DNA from: an uncultured Eubacteriales bacterium
GTDB taxonomy: Bacteria > Acidobacteriota > Aminicenantia > Aminicenantales > Aminicenantaceae
Direction of reading: 5' to 3'
NCBI GenBank assembly: GCA_964346585.1
Contig: CAYFVQ010000121.1
Span: 11,113 to 75,112, forward strand
DNA: 64,000 nucleotides
Part shown: positions 1 to 9,940 of the stretch, piece by piece
How the letters are laid out: the number at the start of each line of letters is the position of its first letter
How positions within the stretch are numbered: position 1 is the stretch's first letter
Notes under the pieces: generated by a model
Databases searched by the model: none
Seen by the model: only the letters and a program-made list of their open reading frames with translations
What the model was told of the DNA's origin: nothing
Position numbers and translations under genes: made by a program

Positions 1-339
1 CCTCCAGGTAGATCCATAGATGTAGACACAGCCGAACCCGCTCCGAGTCAACCAGGCCAGCGGAGTCCCAATATCGATACTCAAGAACCGGGACAGTCCT
101 CAGCCGAGCAGGCCGAAGCCGACTATTATAAAGCAAGGGAATACACACAATTATTGACTGTAAAGCTGCGTGGGTTGTGGCAGGATTACTACAACATGGA
201 CGATATGACTGACAGAAACCTCATTCAGAAGCAAATCGCTGAGACATCTCTCCAGATCGAGCAAGCTCAGAAGGATGAAGCTATCGCCAAGCAAATGATG
301 GAAGATGCGCAGAGAAGAGTGAGAAGGAAGATACCCTAG
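1..339 (+). CDS. hypothetical protein, C-terminal fragment (gene begins upstream of window)
   Basis: Frame 1 is open from base 1 to TAG 337-339; P/Q/E-rich low-complexity stretch then coiled-coil-like tail (IQKQIAETSLQIEQAQKDEAIAKQMMED); no family recognised. Confidence 0.4.
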   Translation, partial: PPGRSIDVDTAEPAPSQPGQRSPNIDTQEPGQSSAEQAEADYYKAREYTQLLTVKLRGLWQDYYNMDDMTDRNLIQKQIAETSLQIEQAQKDEAIAKQMMEDAQRRVRRKIP

Positions 340-416
340 CTAGAGAAAAGAAAGGGAACCAGAGAATCTAACCTCCACCCTTGTGGTCAAGATAAACTGA
401 ATCCTCACCACTGCAC

Positions 417-1328
417 TCACCTAAAATAGATAAAGGAAACCTTCACCCCCAATTCCCGCTCATCTTTTGTATCAGGATTGACCCGGGCGGGAATAAACGT
501 CTTGTCTGTCGAGATAATCAGGGAAAATTGTTCTTCCTCGCCCAGCATCTCTTTTTTTATTCTGTAGAATTTCTCGAAATGGGCTCTTCCGGGAATGAAC
601 TCTTCCAGGATGACATCATTGACTCTGAAGATGACCTTCTGATCTTTTAAAATGTCTTTCTCCACCCCACCCTTTATGACCAGGAGGGCATCCCGATGAG
701 GATTGTCCACGACACATCTCGCCTCTTTGCCGGTCCATCTCCATCGCTTGAGATAAGATTCTGGGTCTATCTCAAAACCAAACCATCCTCCTTCATAAAC
801 AATCTCCGGAGTATCTGCGGGAGGAGGATAGACCTTTAACTTTTTTTCATAGATCTTTTTCAGCGGTTTCCCGGCCTTATCCTTAGGGAAGGAGAGCCCG
901 ATGGACAGTTTCAGAGTTTCTGTCTCTTTGAATTCAGGATCAAGCGCATCGATGAAAAGCGGAATATATATCCTCCGCGAGTAGCTGTATTCTTGACCTG
1001 GTTCCCAGGTGGGAACGGGGATTTCTGGTCTGTGGTTGTCATGGAATATCAGGTTGCTTCCATGCCAGAAGTGTACAAACGCCACTAAATTCTGGTCAAT
1101 TTTTTTAAAATTCCGTTTCAGCCTCCAGGTGTACTGGATTTCGGTGTATAATTTATCGGTCAGGGGAGTATCAGAAAAGCTCACTTCCACTTCCATGCCT
1201 CTAACAGGAGAATCCCGCATGCAGCAGACAACGACAACTATTATGACTAACATAATAAACACCAGGCTTTTCTTTTTTCTGTTCACCTTCTTTTCCACCG
1301 CATTTCTCTCGGATTGTTTGATAAACAA
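417..1328 (-). CDS. hypothetical membrane-anchored protein
   Basis: 303-aa ORF; basic N-terminus plus one TM helix (LVFIMLVIIVVVVCC) then a soluble domain; no recognisable catalytic motif. Confidence 0.55.
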   Translation of the reverse strand: MFIKQSERNAVEKKVNRKKKSLVFIMLVIIVVVVCCMRDSPVRGMEVEVSFSDTPLTDKLYTEIQYTWRLKRNFKKIDQNLVAFVHFWHGSNLIFHDNHRPEIPVPTWEPGQEYSYSRRIYIPLFIDALDPEFKETETLKLSIGLSFPKDKAGKPLKKIYEKKLKVYPPPADTPEIVYEGGWFGFEIDPESYLKRWRWTGKEARCVVDNPHRDALLVIKGGVEKDILKDQKVIFRVNDVILEEFIPGRAHFEKFYRIKKEMLGEEEQFSLIISTDKTFIPARVNPDTKDERELGVKVSFIYFR

Positions 1329-1510
1329 GTGAGTGTGCGCTCCTAAGCTTTCACGCGGTTCACCCAGGAAAACTCACCAGAGTTTGACACTCGATGAATC
1401 TCTGCTCATCCTCACGCTGCTCTGGCGAGCCGCTCTGACTCGAGCTATCTTTTCCTTTTCTTGACGGTCTCGAACTGAATAACCTCAGCCAAGCAAACCG
1501 CTTGAACTCA

Positions 1511-4500
1511 TTAATCCTTGATTTTAATTTTCTCCCCGACAAAAATCCGCGGGATGTTGTTCTCGTTCATCAGCTTGTTCAGAGCGGGAACCTCCACTTC
1601 AATGATTCTGTTTATCCTCTCGATGAGTGCCATCAATGCCTCAGTGTCTTTTTTAACCTGCTGGACCTGGCCTTCAGAAGGAGCGCCCGTGTATCCGCCA
1701 ATAGCACTTCCTGTCATGAAAATGCGGCCTCTGACTGAAGCGCGCATTCCCCTCCAACCCAATTCCGGGTCTCCCAAGAGCTTTATCCGAATGTCTTCGA
1801 TCTCCTCAGAGACGGCCTTGATCTTCTCCGACACAACCTCCGGAACATCTTTAATTTTCTTCAGAGCTTCGACCTGTCGATCAATCCCGTTCTTCAGTCT
1901 GTCCGCGGCACGGCTCGACGCTGAAAGAAGGGGATACAGCTCTAAAATGCTCATAAGAGCATCATGCTGCGCTTTCCTGTCCGCGAAGGAAATGTCGATC
2001 CGGGGGTCGCCCTCAATTTCTATGCTTTTCGTCATCTCCTGCTCAGCCGCTTTGAGAGTTACTCTGTACTCGCCAGGAAGGACATACGGACCCCGGGCTC
2101 TGAAACGGCGATCCACCGGCGCACCAGGAGCAAACGGAACGGCGTGCCTCAGATCCCATGTGATGCGGTTGATTCCAGCATTTTTCGTGCCTCTCAATCC
2201 TGAAATCTTCTGACCCGCACTGTCCTCTATGATTATCTCGACACTTCCTTTGGCTTCTCCCTTGAGATAATAGCTGATCATGGCCCCTCGAGGCGGATTG
2301 GGAGCAACATAATATTTTTGACCGAGGCTGCCCTTATGGTTATGGGGATTAAACATCGTCGCCTGGCGGATATCAAAAAGGAAAGCCGGAGAGTCCAGAA
2401 CCTTTTCTGTCATCTGCTCCAGAGGAGTGATGTCATCCAGGATCCATATACTCCGACCATGTGTTCCGAAAATCAGGTCATTCTCTCTCGGGTGAATCGC
2501 GATATCGTCCACTGGAACTACAGGGAAGTCATTCTTGAATTTCACCCAGCTCTTCCCTTTGTCGATCGAGAAGTAGGCTCCTCTCTCTGTCCCGACGAAG
2601 AGGAGATTCGCGTTTCTCGGGTGTTCCCTGATCACATTCACGGTTCCTCCCTCAGGAAGGTTTCCAGATATACTTTTCCAGCTTTCTCCATAATCGGTTG
2701 TCATGAACACATAAGCCTTGAAGTCGTTGTTGCGGTGACCGTCCAGTGTGACATAAGCTGTCCCTTCATTAGCGCTGGACGCCACGATGCGGGTGACATA
2801 GGTGTATTTCGGCACGCCTGGAACCTTCCCGATGACATTCTTCCATGTTTTTCCGCCATCGCGAGAGACCTGGATATTGCCGTCATCCGTCCCCACATAC
2901 AGGAGGCCTTCTTTGATCGAAGATTCGGAAATGGTGGTGATGTCTCCGTAGTAGGAGATGCCATCATGACGAGATAGGGTGCTTTCATCAGGGAGAACAC
3001 CCATGAGCTGGAGCTTCTCTCTATCCTGCTGAGTTGTCAGGTCGATCGAAGCTTCCCATGTTTCTCCCCGGTCTTTCGATTTAAAAAGTTTGTTTCCTCC
3101 ATAATATATTGTCTTATGATCATGCGGAGATATCAAAATCGGCGAATTCCAGTTGAACCTGTAGGTCTCCGTCTCATCCGCTGGCCTTGGCCTGATGGAT
3201 TTACTCTCTCCAGACCTTAAGTCAAGTCTAAAGAGGTTCCCATTCTGAGACTCGGCGTAGATGGTGTTGTAGTCAGTGGGGTCAACCTGAGTGAAAAAGC
3301 CATCTCCGCCCCCGATTCTAAACCAATCTTCATTGGTTACACCCAGCCGGGTCCAAGTCGCGCTCGGCCCTCCCCAGCTCCCGTTGTCCTGCAAACCTCC
3401 ATAGACATAGTAGGGCTTGCGCATATCGAAACCGATTTCATAGAACTGTCCGATAGGCATGATGTTGACAAAATCCCAGCTCCTGCCGCGGTCATAAGAA
3501 AAATAGATCCCGCCATCCGAACCGAGGACAACATGGTTGGAATCTTCAGGATTGATCCACATGGCATGATGGTCGCCGTGGATTCCCCTGACGTAATTCG
3601 TGTTAAATGTCTTCCCTCCGTCTTCGGAGACATACATCGAGGCCCCAAGAACCCATATCCTCTGGTCATTGTTAGGGTCGATGCGGATCTTACTGTAGTA
3701 CATGGGCCGGGGATTGGTGCTCGACATCTTTCTCCAGGTTATTCCTTTATCTTCAGAACGGAAAGTCCCTCCAAGTTTATGTTCGACCAGGGCATAAACG
3801 ATATTGGGATTGCTGCGATAAACATCGATCCCGATACGGCCCGTTATGCCCTGAGGCAGCCCATTCGTCAGTCGAATCCACGTCTCTCCACCGTCTGTCG
3901 TCTTGTAGAGGCCACTTCCCGGTCCTCCTCCGTTGAAACCCCAGCCACGCCGACGCCTCTGGTAAGCAGCGGCATACAGGGTGTTTGGGCTCTTGAGGTC
4001 TATAGCCACATCCACAAAGCCTGTGTTCTCATCGATGAACTTGGTGTTGGTCCAGGTCTTCCCCCCGTCAGAGGTTTTGAAAAGGCCTCTTTCCTTGTTC
4101 GGTCCCCAGAGATGACCCAGAGCCGCCACATAAACAATGTCAGGATTCCGCGGATGGATGGCAATCCGTCCGATGTGATGCGTATCCTGAAGCCCCATGT
4201 TTTTCCACGTCTTTCCCCCATCCATGGACTTGTACACACCATTGCCCCAGGAGGAGCTCTGACGGTTGTTCGGCTCTCCCGTTCCTGCCCAGACGATATC
4301 CGGGTTCGAAGGAGAAACGGTCACATCTCCTATGGTGCTTGTAACCTGGTCATCAAACATGGGTTCCCAAGTCACACCATTGTTTGTGGTTTTCCATACA
4401 CCTCCCGACGCCATCCCTACATAGATAATCTTAGGATTGCTTTCCACGACAGCGAAATCATCAATCCGGCCGCCCATGTTGCACGGGCCGATGTTTCTCC

Positions 4501-4639
4501 ATTCGAGTCTGTCAATTATGGATTCCGGAATCACTGGCCCAGGCTTCTTCTTCACCTTTTTTGCGCCAAGAAAAAGGCTGAAGATTAAACAGACACAAAC
4601 AATTAAAACGATACGTGAGAATGGTGATCCCCTTTTCAT
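1511..4639 (-). CDS. exported BNR/Asp-box repeat protein (sortilin/VPS10-like tandem beta-propellers, 'glycosyl hydrolase BNR repeat' type)
   Basis: Signal peptide (IVLIVCVCLIFSLFLGA); at least 10 Asp-box motifs S-x-D-x-G-x-T-W (SMDGGKTWKN, TSDGGKTWTN, TTDGGETWIR, SRDGGKTWKN, SKDRGETWEA ...); 1042 aa. Confidence 0.85.
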   Translation of the reverse strand: MKRGSPFSRIVLIVCVCLIFSLFLGAKKVKKKPGPVIPESIIDRLEWRNIGPCNMGGRIDDFAVVESNPKIIYVGMASGGVWKTTNNGVTWEPMFDDQVTSTIGDVTVSPSNPDIVWAGTGEPNNRQSSSWGNGVYKSMDGGKTWKNMGLQDTHHIGRIAIHPRNPDIVYVAALGHLWGPNKERGLFKTSDGGKTWTNTKFIDENTGFVDVAIDLKSPNTLYAAAYQRRRRGWGFNGGGPGSGLYKTTDGGETWIRLTNGLPQGITGRIGIDVYRSNPNIVYALVEHKLGGTFRSEDKGITWRKMSSTNPRPMYYSKIRIDPNNDQRIWVLGASMYVSEDGGKTFNTNYVRGIHGDHHAMWINPEDSNHVVLGSDGGIYFSYDRGRSWDFVNIMPIGQFYEIGFDMRKPYYVYGGLQDNGSWGGPSATWTRLGVTNEDWFRIGGGDGFFTQVDPTDYNTIYAESQNGNLFRLDLRSGESKSIRPRPADETETYRFNWNSPILISPHDHKTIYYGGNKLFKSKDRGETWEASIDLTTQQDREKLQLMGVLPDESTLSRHDGISYYGDITTISESSIKEGLLYVGTDDGNIQVSRDGGKTWKNVIGKVPGVPKYTYVTRIVASSANEGTAYVTLDGHRNNDFKAYVFMTTDYGESWKSISGNLPEGGTVNVIREHPRNANLLFVGTERGAYFSIDKGKSWVKFKNDFPVVPVDDIAIHPRENDLIFGTHGRSIWILDDITPLEQMTEKVLDSPAFLFDIRQATMFNPHNHKGSLGQKYYVAPNPPRGAMISYYLKGEAKGSVEIIIEDSAGQKISGLRGTKNAGINRITWDLRHAVPFAPGAPVDRRFRARGPYVLPGEYRVTLKAAEQEMTKSIEIEGDPRIDISFADRKAQHDALMSILELYPLLSASSRAADRLKNGIDRQVEALKKIKDVPEVVSEKIKAVSEEIEDIRIKLLGDPELGWRGMRASVRGRIFMTGSAIGGYTGAPSEGQVQQVKKDTEALMALIERINRIIEVEVPALNKLMNENNIPRIFVGEKIKIKD

Positions 4640-4943
4640 GGTTAGTCCTCCTTTATTTTATTCTTTTTGGACAAAGGTTCGGTAAATGTGATCACTGGGA
4701 TTTTGAAGTCTGCCGCTATAATTACCACAAGATAAAAGTTAATGTCAAAGGAAAAAGATGGCGTTCCGATGACAACCTGAATCCCCAAAAAAAGAATCTG
4801 TCAGACTGCAGTGAGGCTGCGGAGCGAGACGAGCGTCGGAAGGGGGAAAGCGAAGCTGTTCCCCCTCCGAGGGCTCGCTGGGGAAAAAGAGGCGTGTTTT
4901 TTGAACCCATAAGTCGGAGCATCTTGAAAGAGAAAATCGAATA

Positions 4944-5954
4944 GTGTATATTCCCCAGAAGATGAAACCTTTTCTTCTTGTCTTTTCCCTTCTTCACCGC
5001 TCAGGGTGCAGGACTAAAAACTGGCTGTACAAATTGCAGGTATTCAAGCCGAAAAGAGCTCCTTTGCCGGTGATTAGTGTGGGCAACATTACATTCGGCG
5101 GTTCAGGCAAAACTCCCCTCGTCCTCCATTTGCTGACTTTTCTCATCAACAAAGGATACAAACCCGCTTTGATCACCCGAGGGTATCGAGGAAAATGGGA
5201 AAAGAGCGGAGGAATTCTTTCTGACGGAAAAAGTGTTCTCGGCACTTGGCAGGATTCTGGAGATGAGGCGTTCATGGTGGCCTCGGACATCCCCCAGGCC
5301 GGGGTATTCATCGGGAAAAACCGCTTGTTTTCCTGCCAGAATGCTAAAGCTTCTGGATTCGAACTGACTGTATTGGATGACGGATTCCAGCACAGGCGCC
5401 TCCACAGAAACTTGGATATCGTCCTCTATGACTCGAGAGAAAAAGTCTCGCTCCGCGAACCCGTATCTTCCCTGGGAAGAGCCGAAATTATCCTCATGGA
5501 AAGAGGGCACCACGACCAAGAAAAGGAGAGAATAAAGAAATCATTCCCTCAGTCAGCCATTTTTGAATATTCGGTTGAAGGCAAAGGCTTTTTTAAAGCA
5601 GAGAAAAAAGAAGGGGAATCCGGTGAGGAATTTCAGGGGAAAAGAATTATCGCTTTCTGTGGGATTGCCCGCCCGGGAAGGTTTTTAGCCCTCCTTCACA
5701 AAGAAGGCATAAGCCCGGTGGATTTCTTGACATTCTCCGACCACTATTCTTACCCGCCCCACTCCTTGGAAAAAATCTCTAAAAAATTCAAAAAACTCCG
5801 TGCCGACGCTCTCATCACCACGGAAAAAGACATGGTTAAAATAGATCAATCGGATGCTCTTCAAGGTCTGCCGGTGTATTATCTAAAGATCGACCTCAGA
5901 CTTGATGATGAATTCTATTCCGTGTTATCTTCTTTTCTTCAAAATATGGTTTAA
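4944..5954 (+). CDS. lpxK: tetraacyldisaccharide 4'-kinase
   Basis: Diagnostic P-loop context 'PVISVGNITFGGSGKTPLV'; size about 330 aa; track start 4944 is GTG, ATG at 4962 is an equally plausible start. Confidence 0.85.
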   Translation: MYIPQKMKPFLLVFSLLHRSGCRTKNWLYKLQVFKPKRAPLPVISVGNITFGGSGKTPLVLHLLTFLINKGYKPALITRGYRGKWEKSGGILSDGKSVLGTWQDSGDEAFMVASDIPQAGVFIGKNRLFSCQNAKASGFELTVLDDGFQHRRLHRNLDIVLYDSREKVSLREPVSSLGRAEIILMERGHHDQEKERIKKSFPQSAIFEYSVEGKGFFKAEKKEGESGEEFQGKRIIAFCGIARPGRFLALLHKEGISPVDFLTFSDHYSYPPHSLEKISKKFKKLRADALITTEKDMVKIDQSDALQGLPVYYLKIDLRLDDEFYSVLSSFLQNMV

Positions 5955-5963
5955 TCATTGACA

Positions 5964-6851
5964 ATGGTTAGATTCAAAGACTATCTGGAACTTATTATTT
6001 TTCAGGTGTTCAAGTCCCTCATCCTCATTCTCCCCAGGAGACTCTGCCTTCTCTGGGGAAAAACGATGGGCCTTCTCTTTTACAACCTGGATACAAAACA
6101 TCGTCGGTTGGCTCTCTCAAACCTTGAAATGGCATTCAGAAAAGAGCTGACATCTTCTGGACTCAAACGATTGGCTCGCCGAACATTCATGCATTTCGGT
6201 TCATCCTTGGTGGATATAATCAAATTCTCCAACCTTACAGAAAAGAGAAAGGCCGCGCTCATACAGGTCGAAGGTGAGCAAAATCTGCTCTCCGCCCTCC
6301 AAGAGAAAAAAGGGGCGATACTCTTCACGGCTCATTATGGAAGCTGGGAAATAGCTCCTTATGTCGTGTCCAAGCTGGGAAAAATGAACGTAATCGCCAG
6401 ACGCCTTGACAATGAACTCCTGGAGAGAGAACTTCTCAAGCTCAGGATGAACCAAGGATCAAAAGTGATCTACAAACACCAGGCCACAAAGCCAATTCTG
6501 CAGTCACTCCGAGCCAAAGAAATGGTTGCCTTCTTGATCGATCAGAATGTTCAAAAGCATCAAGCTATCTTTGTCGATTTTTTTGGCCGGAAGGCCGCCA
6601 CGATCCCAAGCCTCGCTGCATTCTTTCTCAAGACAAAATCGCCCATTGTTCCTGTCTTCTGCTCCCCAACCCCATCCTATCAATACCACCTCCAAATCCT
6701 TGAGCCTCTGAAGATCGAGCTTGAAGGAGACTACAATCAACAAGTGTTGAAAATCACTCAGATATGCACTAATATTATAGAAGCTCAAATACGGAAAAAT
6801 CCTGCGCAATGGTTTTGGCTTCACAACAGGTGGAAAACAAGGCCAGATTAG
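5964..6851 (+). CDS. lipid A biosynthesis (LpxL/HtrB-family) lysophospholipid acyltransferase
   Basis: N-terminal TM helix; C-terminal 'NPAQWFWLHNRWK' signature of the lauroyl/myristoyl acyltransferase family; directly follows lpxK; ATG 5964 (track start 5958 is TTG). Confidence 0.8.
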   Translation: MVRFKDYLELIIFQVFKSLILILPRRLCLLWGKTMGLLFYNLDTKHRRLALSNLEMAFRKELTSSGLKRLARRTFMHFGSSLVDIIKFSNLTEKRKAALIQVEGEQNLLSALQEKKGAILFTAHYGSWEIAPYVVSKLGKMNVIARRLDNELLERELLKLRMNQGSKVIYKHQATKPILQSLRAKEMVAFLIDQNVQKHQAIFVDFFGRKAATIPSLAAFFLKTKSPIVPVFCSPTPSYQYHLQILEPLKIELEGDYNQQVLKITQICTNIIEAQIRKNPAQWFWLHNRWKTRPD

Positions 6852-6925
6852 CAGAGAGGACGGATCCGAAAGGGGTGAATTATCAAAGATCACGGGTGAA
6901 TCATTAAAGATCATAGGAGGGAAGA

Positions 6926-7639
6926 ATGAGGAGTGCAACGACAATCATCTTACTGACAGGATTTCTTCTCCTTTCTTTTGCTTCTTTATCAGGAACTGGC
7001 AAAGAAGACGTGGAAAAAATATTTAAGAATTTAAGGTGGTACGGCCATGCCTCCTTTGCCATCGAAGCAGACAAAATCATCTACATCGATCCCTGGAATA
7101 TCCCGGATTCTGCTCCCAAGGCTGATCTGATCCTCGTGACTCATTCCCATTTTGACCATTTTTCTCAAAAGGATGTCAACCTCATCAAAAAGGGGGGGAC
7201 CACATTAATCTGTTCCACAGACTGTACTTCCAAAGCCTCGGGCGATGTGAGGGGCCTCACGCCAGGAGAGGAGATTGAAGTTCAGGGAATAAAAATCAAG
7301 GCGGTTCCTTCGTATAATCCTTCCAAGTCTTTCCATCCAAGAAAGAACAAATGGTTAGGCTATATAGTCACTGTCAATGGAGTTTCGGTCTATCATGCCG
7401 GGGACACAGATTTTATTCCGGAAATGAGAGATTTCGGATCAATTGACATTGCTCTTCTTCCTGTGGGCGGACAGTACACCATGAATGCCGAGCAGGCGGC
7501 TAAAGCGGCCAACACCATTAAAGCGGACATCTCCATTCCAATGCACTACGGAGCAGGAGTGATCGGCAGCGCCAAAGATGCCCAAAAATTCAAAAATCTC
7601 TGTCAAGTAGAAGTCCGGATTCTCAAAGAGACAAGGTGA
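6926..7639 (+). CDS. MBL-fold metal-dependent hydrolase, exported
   Basis: 'LILVTHSHFDHF' HxHxDH metal motif; N-terminal signal peptide; GGAGGG RBS upstream of ATG. Confidence 0.75.
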   Translation: MRSATTIILLTGFLLLSFASLSGTGKEDVEKIFKNLRWYGHASFAIEADKIIYIDPWNIPDSAPKADLILVTHSHFDHFSQKDVNLIKKGGTTLICSTDCTSKASGDVRGLTPGEEIEVQGIKIKAVPSYNPSKSFHPRKNKWLGYIVTVNGVSVYHAGDTDFIPEMRDFGSIDIALLPVGGQYTMNAEQAAKAANTIKADISIPMHYGAGVIGSAKDAQKFKNLCQVEVRILKETR

Positions 7640-8382
7640 TGAGAACCAATAAACGTGCTAGCGACGCCTTGAGGCCAATCAAGATCAAACCGGACTATCT
7701 GGAATTCGCCGATGGCTCTGCCCTCATTGAACTCGGAAAAACTAAAGTTATCGCCGCTGCCTCCATCGATGAAAGGATTCCTCCTTTTTTAAAAAACAGC
7801 GGAACAGGTTGGATCACTGCCGAGTATTCTCTGCTGCCGCGCTCAACTGAAAAAAGGACTATCAGAGAAAGGGTACAGACGCGGATTTCCGGCCGAACCC
7901 AGGAAATCCAGCGTCTGATAGGCCGCTCCCTCCGGGCTGTGACAGAGCTCGGCGCTCTCGGGGAAAGGACGATTATTTTGGACTGTGATGTCATCCAAGC
8001 GGACGGAGGGACACGGACGGCCTCGGTGACGGCTGCGTGCGTGGCCTTAGCTTTAGCCCTGAAGAAAATGGTGGACGAAGAGGTCATTGATGAAATGCCC
8101 CTAAAGCACCTTGTTAGCGGTGTGAGCGTGGGCATAGTCGATGGAGAAGCCCTCCTTGACTTAGATTACGAAGAGGATGCACAAGCTGAAATTGACATGA
8201 ATGTAATCGAAACAGAAAAGGGTCAGCTCGTTGAAATTCAGGCCACTGCCGAAAAAAAACCTTTCTCGAGAAAAGAGCTGAACACTCTAATGAGTCTGGC
8301 CAGTAATGGAATCAAAGAGCTCATCCAGGTGCAGAAAGAAATCCTCAAGAAAAAAAGTCTTCTGTTCATGGCATACAGATAG
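7639..8382 (+). CDS. rph: ribonuclease PH
   Basis: '[18 protein letters not shown]', '[16 protein letters not shown]', '[15 protein letters not shown]' RNase PH core; start overlaps upstream stop (GTGATGA). Confidence 0.9.
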   Translation: MRTNKRASDALRPIKIKPDYLEFADGSALIELGKTKVIAAASIDERIPPFLKNSGTGWITAEYSLLPRSTEKRTIRERVQTRISGRTQEIQRLIGRSLRAVTELGALGERTIILDCDVIQADGGTRTASVTAACVALALALKKMVDEEVIDEMPLKHLVSGVSVGIVDGEALLDLDYEEDAQAEIDMNVIETEKGQLVEIQATAEKKPFSRKELNTLMSLASNGIKELIQVQKEILKKKSLLFMAYR

Positions 8383-8395
8383 AAGAAGGAAAAGA

Positions 8396-9340
8396 ATGAA
8401 CCGCATCCTGATCACAGGAGGAGCCGGATTTCTCGGTAGCCATCTCTGCGATTCTCTTCTGGAGCAAAACTCGGATGTGGTCTGTGTCGATAATTTTTTC
8501 TCCGGTTCCAAAGACAACATCCGCCATCTATTTTCTCATCCCTACTTTGAACTGGTCCGGCACGATATCATCCATCCTCTTTTCCTTGAAGTGGATAAAA
8601 TCTATCATCTCGCCTGTCCGGCCTCCCCGATCCATTACCAGATTAATGCCATTAAAACAGTGAAAACTAACGTCATGGGGACCATCAACATGCTGGGCCT
8701 GGCAAAGAGAGTCAAAGCCCGCATTCTTCTCTCCTCATCCTCTGAAATATACGGCGATGCCAAGGTCCATCCCCAACCAGAAAGCTATTGGGGAAATGTC
8801 AATCCCGTCGGCTACCGAAGTTGCTATGATGAAGGCAAAAGAGTCGCTGAAACGCTCATGATGGATTATCACCGTCAGAACAAAGTCGACATCCAGATTG
8901 CCAGGATTTTCAACACCTACGGTCCCCGAATGGCAGTGAATGATGGGAGAGCGATCAGTAACTTCATCGTCCAGGCCCTCAAAGGCGAGTCACTGACGGT
9001 TTATGGCGATGGGAGTCAAACCCGTTCATTTTGCTATGTGTCAGACCTCATTCAAGCTCTGAGTGCGCTGATGGAAATGGATGACTTCACAGGACCTGTG
9101 AATCTGGGAAATCCTGAAGAGATTCCGATCCTCGAAATCGCCGAAAAAATTATCAAACTCACACAAAGCCCTTCAAAAATCATCCATAAACCACTCCCCG
9201 CGGATGACCCCCTGCGGAGATGCCCGGATATATCTCTGGCCAAAGAAAAACTCGGGTGGGAGCCTCGAATTGGTCTCGAAGAGGGGCTTGAGAAGACCAT
9301 CACCCACTTTAAAGAAAAACTCAATCTTCAAAAAAAGTGA
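8396..9340 (+). CDS. UDP-glucuronate decarboxylase (UXS-type NAD-dependent SDR)
   Basis: '[14 protein letters not shown]' Rossmann motif; '[12 protein letters not shown]', 'CYDEGKR', '[10 protein letters not shown]' typical of UXS; ATG 8396 chosen; the 8306 extension overlaps rph and codes for basic junk. Confidence 0.85.
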   Translation: MNRILITGGAGFLGSHLCDSLLEQNSDVVCVDNFFSGSKDNIRHLFSHPYFELVRHDIIHPLFLEVDKIYHLACPASPIHYQINAIKTVKTNVMGTINMLGLAKRVKARILLSSSSEIYGDAKVHPQPESYWGNVNPVGYRSCYDEGKRVAETLMMDYHRQNKVDIQIARIFNTYGPRMAVNDGRAISNFIVQALKGESLTVYGDGSQTRSFCYVSDLIQALSALMEMDDFTGPVNLGNPEEIPILEIAEKIIKLTQSPSKIIHKPLPADDPLRRCPDISLAKEKLGWEPRIGLEEGLEKTITHFKEKLNLQKK

Positions 9341-9543
9341 AGGAAGCGGCTCATCCCTCCTTCTTTCTTCTTTCCCAAAATCCATGAGTCCTCTCCTGGG
9401 CTTTCCCACAAATCTTCATTTCGACAACCAGAAGTAGAACAGCCCCGAACCTTGACAACTGGTGAGCTTCTCTATAACATTTCCATTACTCAACATGGAT
9501 TATTCAAGAAAAAAAGGGGAAAGATGACGCCTTTAAGAAAATG

Positions 9544-9596
9544 AGGACTGTCCCTTTTAGTCCTCATTAAAAGAAAAAAGGGACTGTCCTCTTTTT
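9544..9596 (+). terminator. putative rho-independent terminator after the lpxK-uxs gene string
   Basis: AGGACTGTCCCTTTT (9544-9558) pairs 14/15 with AAAAGGGACTGTCCT (9576-9590); followed by CTTTTT (9591-9596). Confidence 0.5.
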
Positions 9597-9940
9597 AGAA
9601 GAATGTATAAGGTGTCAGCAGATTTTATGAATAATTCATAGTAAATGAGTTATTCACGAGTCGAGGTTGCTGCTAATGCGAGGCGTGGCTCATGAAGCTG
9701 TGGTCTTCTACCGCGAATGGGCCGCAACAAAGCAGGAGCTGTGAGATCGGCTCGCCCGAAGGGGAAAAGATGTCGACATAGGATGATCATTTATCCTTCA
9801 GAGATCTTTTGCATGAGGTGTCGGCAGATTTTATGAATAATTCATTTTTAAGTATTTAAAAAAAGCACACAAGTATTTATAATTATGATTCATTTATCTG
9901 AATCTCGCATTGTTTTTTTAGGCGTGATTCCAAGGAGGTA

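Noticed and set aside
1518-4588. Long plus-strand ORFs (1518-2213, 2318-2977, 3533-4588; up to 351 aa) antisense to the BNR-repeat gene
   Set aside because: They lie entirely inside a 1042-aa gene with clear Asp-box periodicity. Their translations are low-complexity (S/P/R/I-rich) with no motifs. These are typical shadow ORFs.
8306-8395. N-terminal extension of the UXS ORF ([17 protein letters not shown]...), and similar 5' extensions of purD (to 32796), mutL (to 28782), mpg (to 29665), tatC (from 37147), ALDH (from 39193) and the MurQ-like gene (from 41880)
   Set aside because: The extensions overlap the preceding gene and encode basic or low-complexity junk. Internal ATG or GTG codons reproduce the conserved family N-termini, several with good RBSs.
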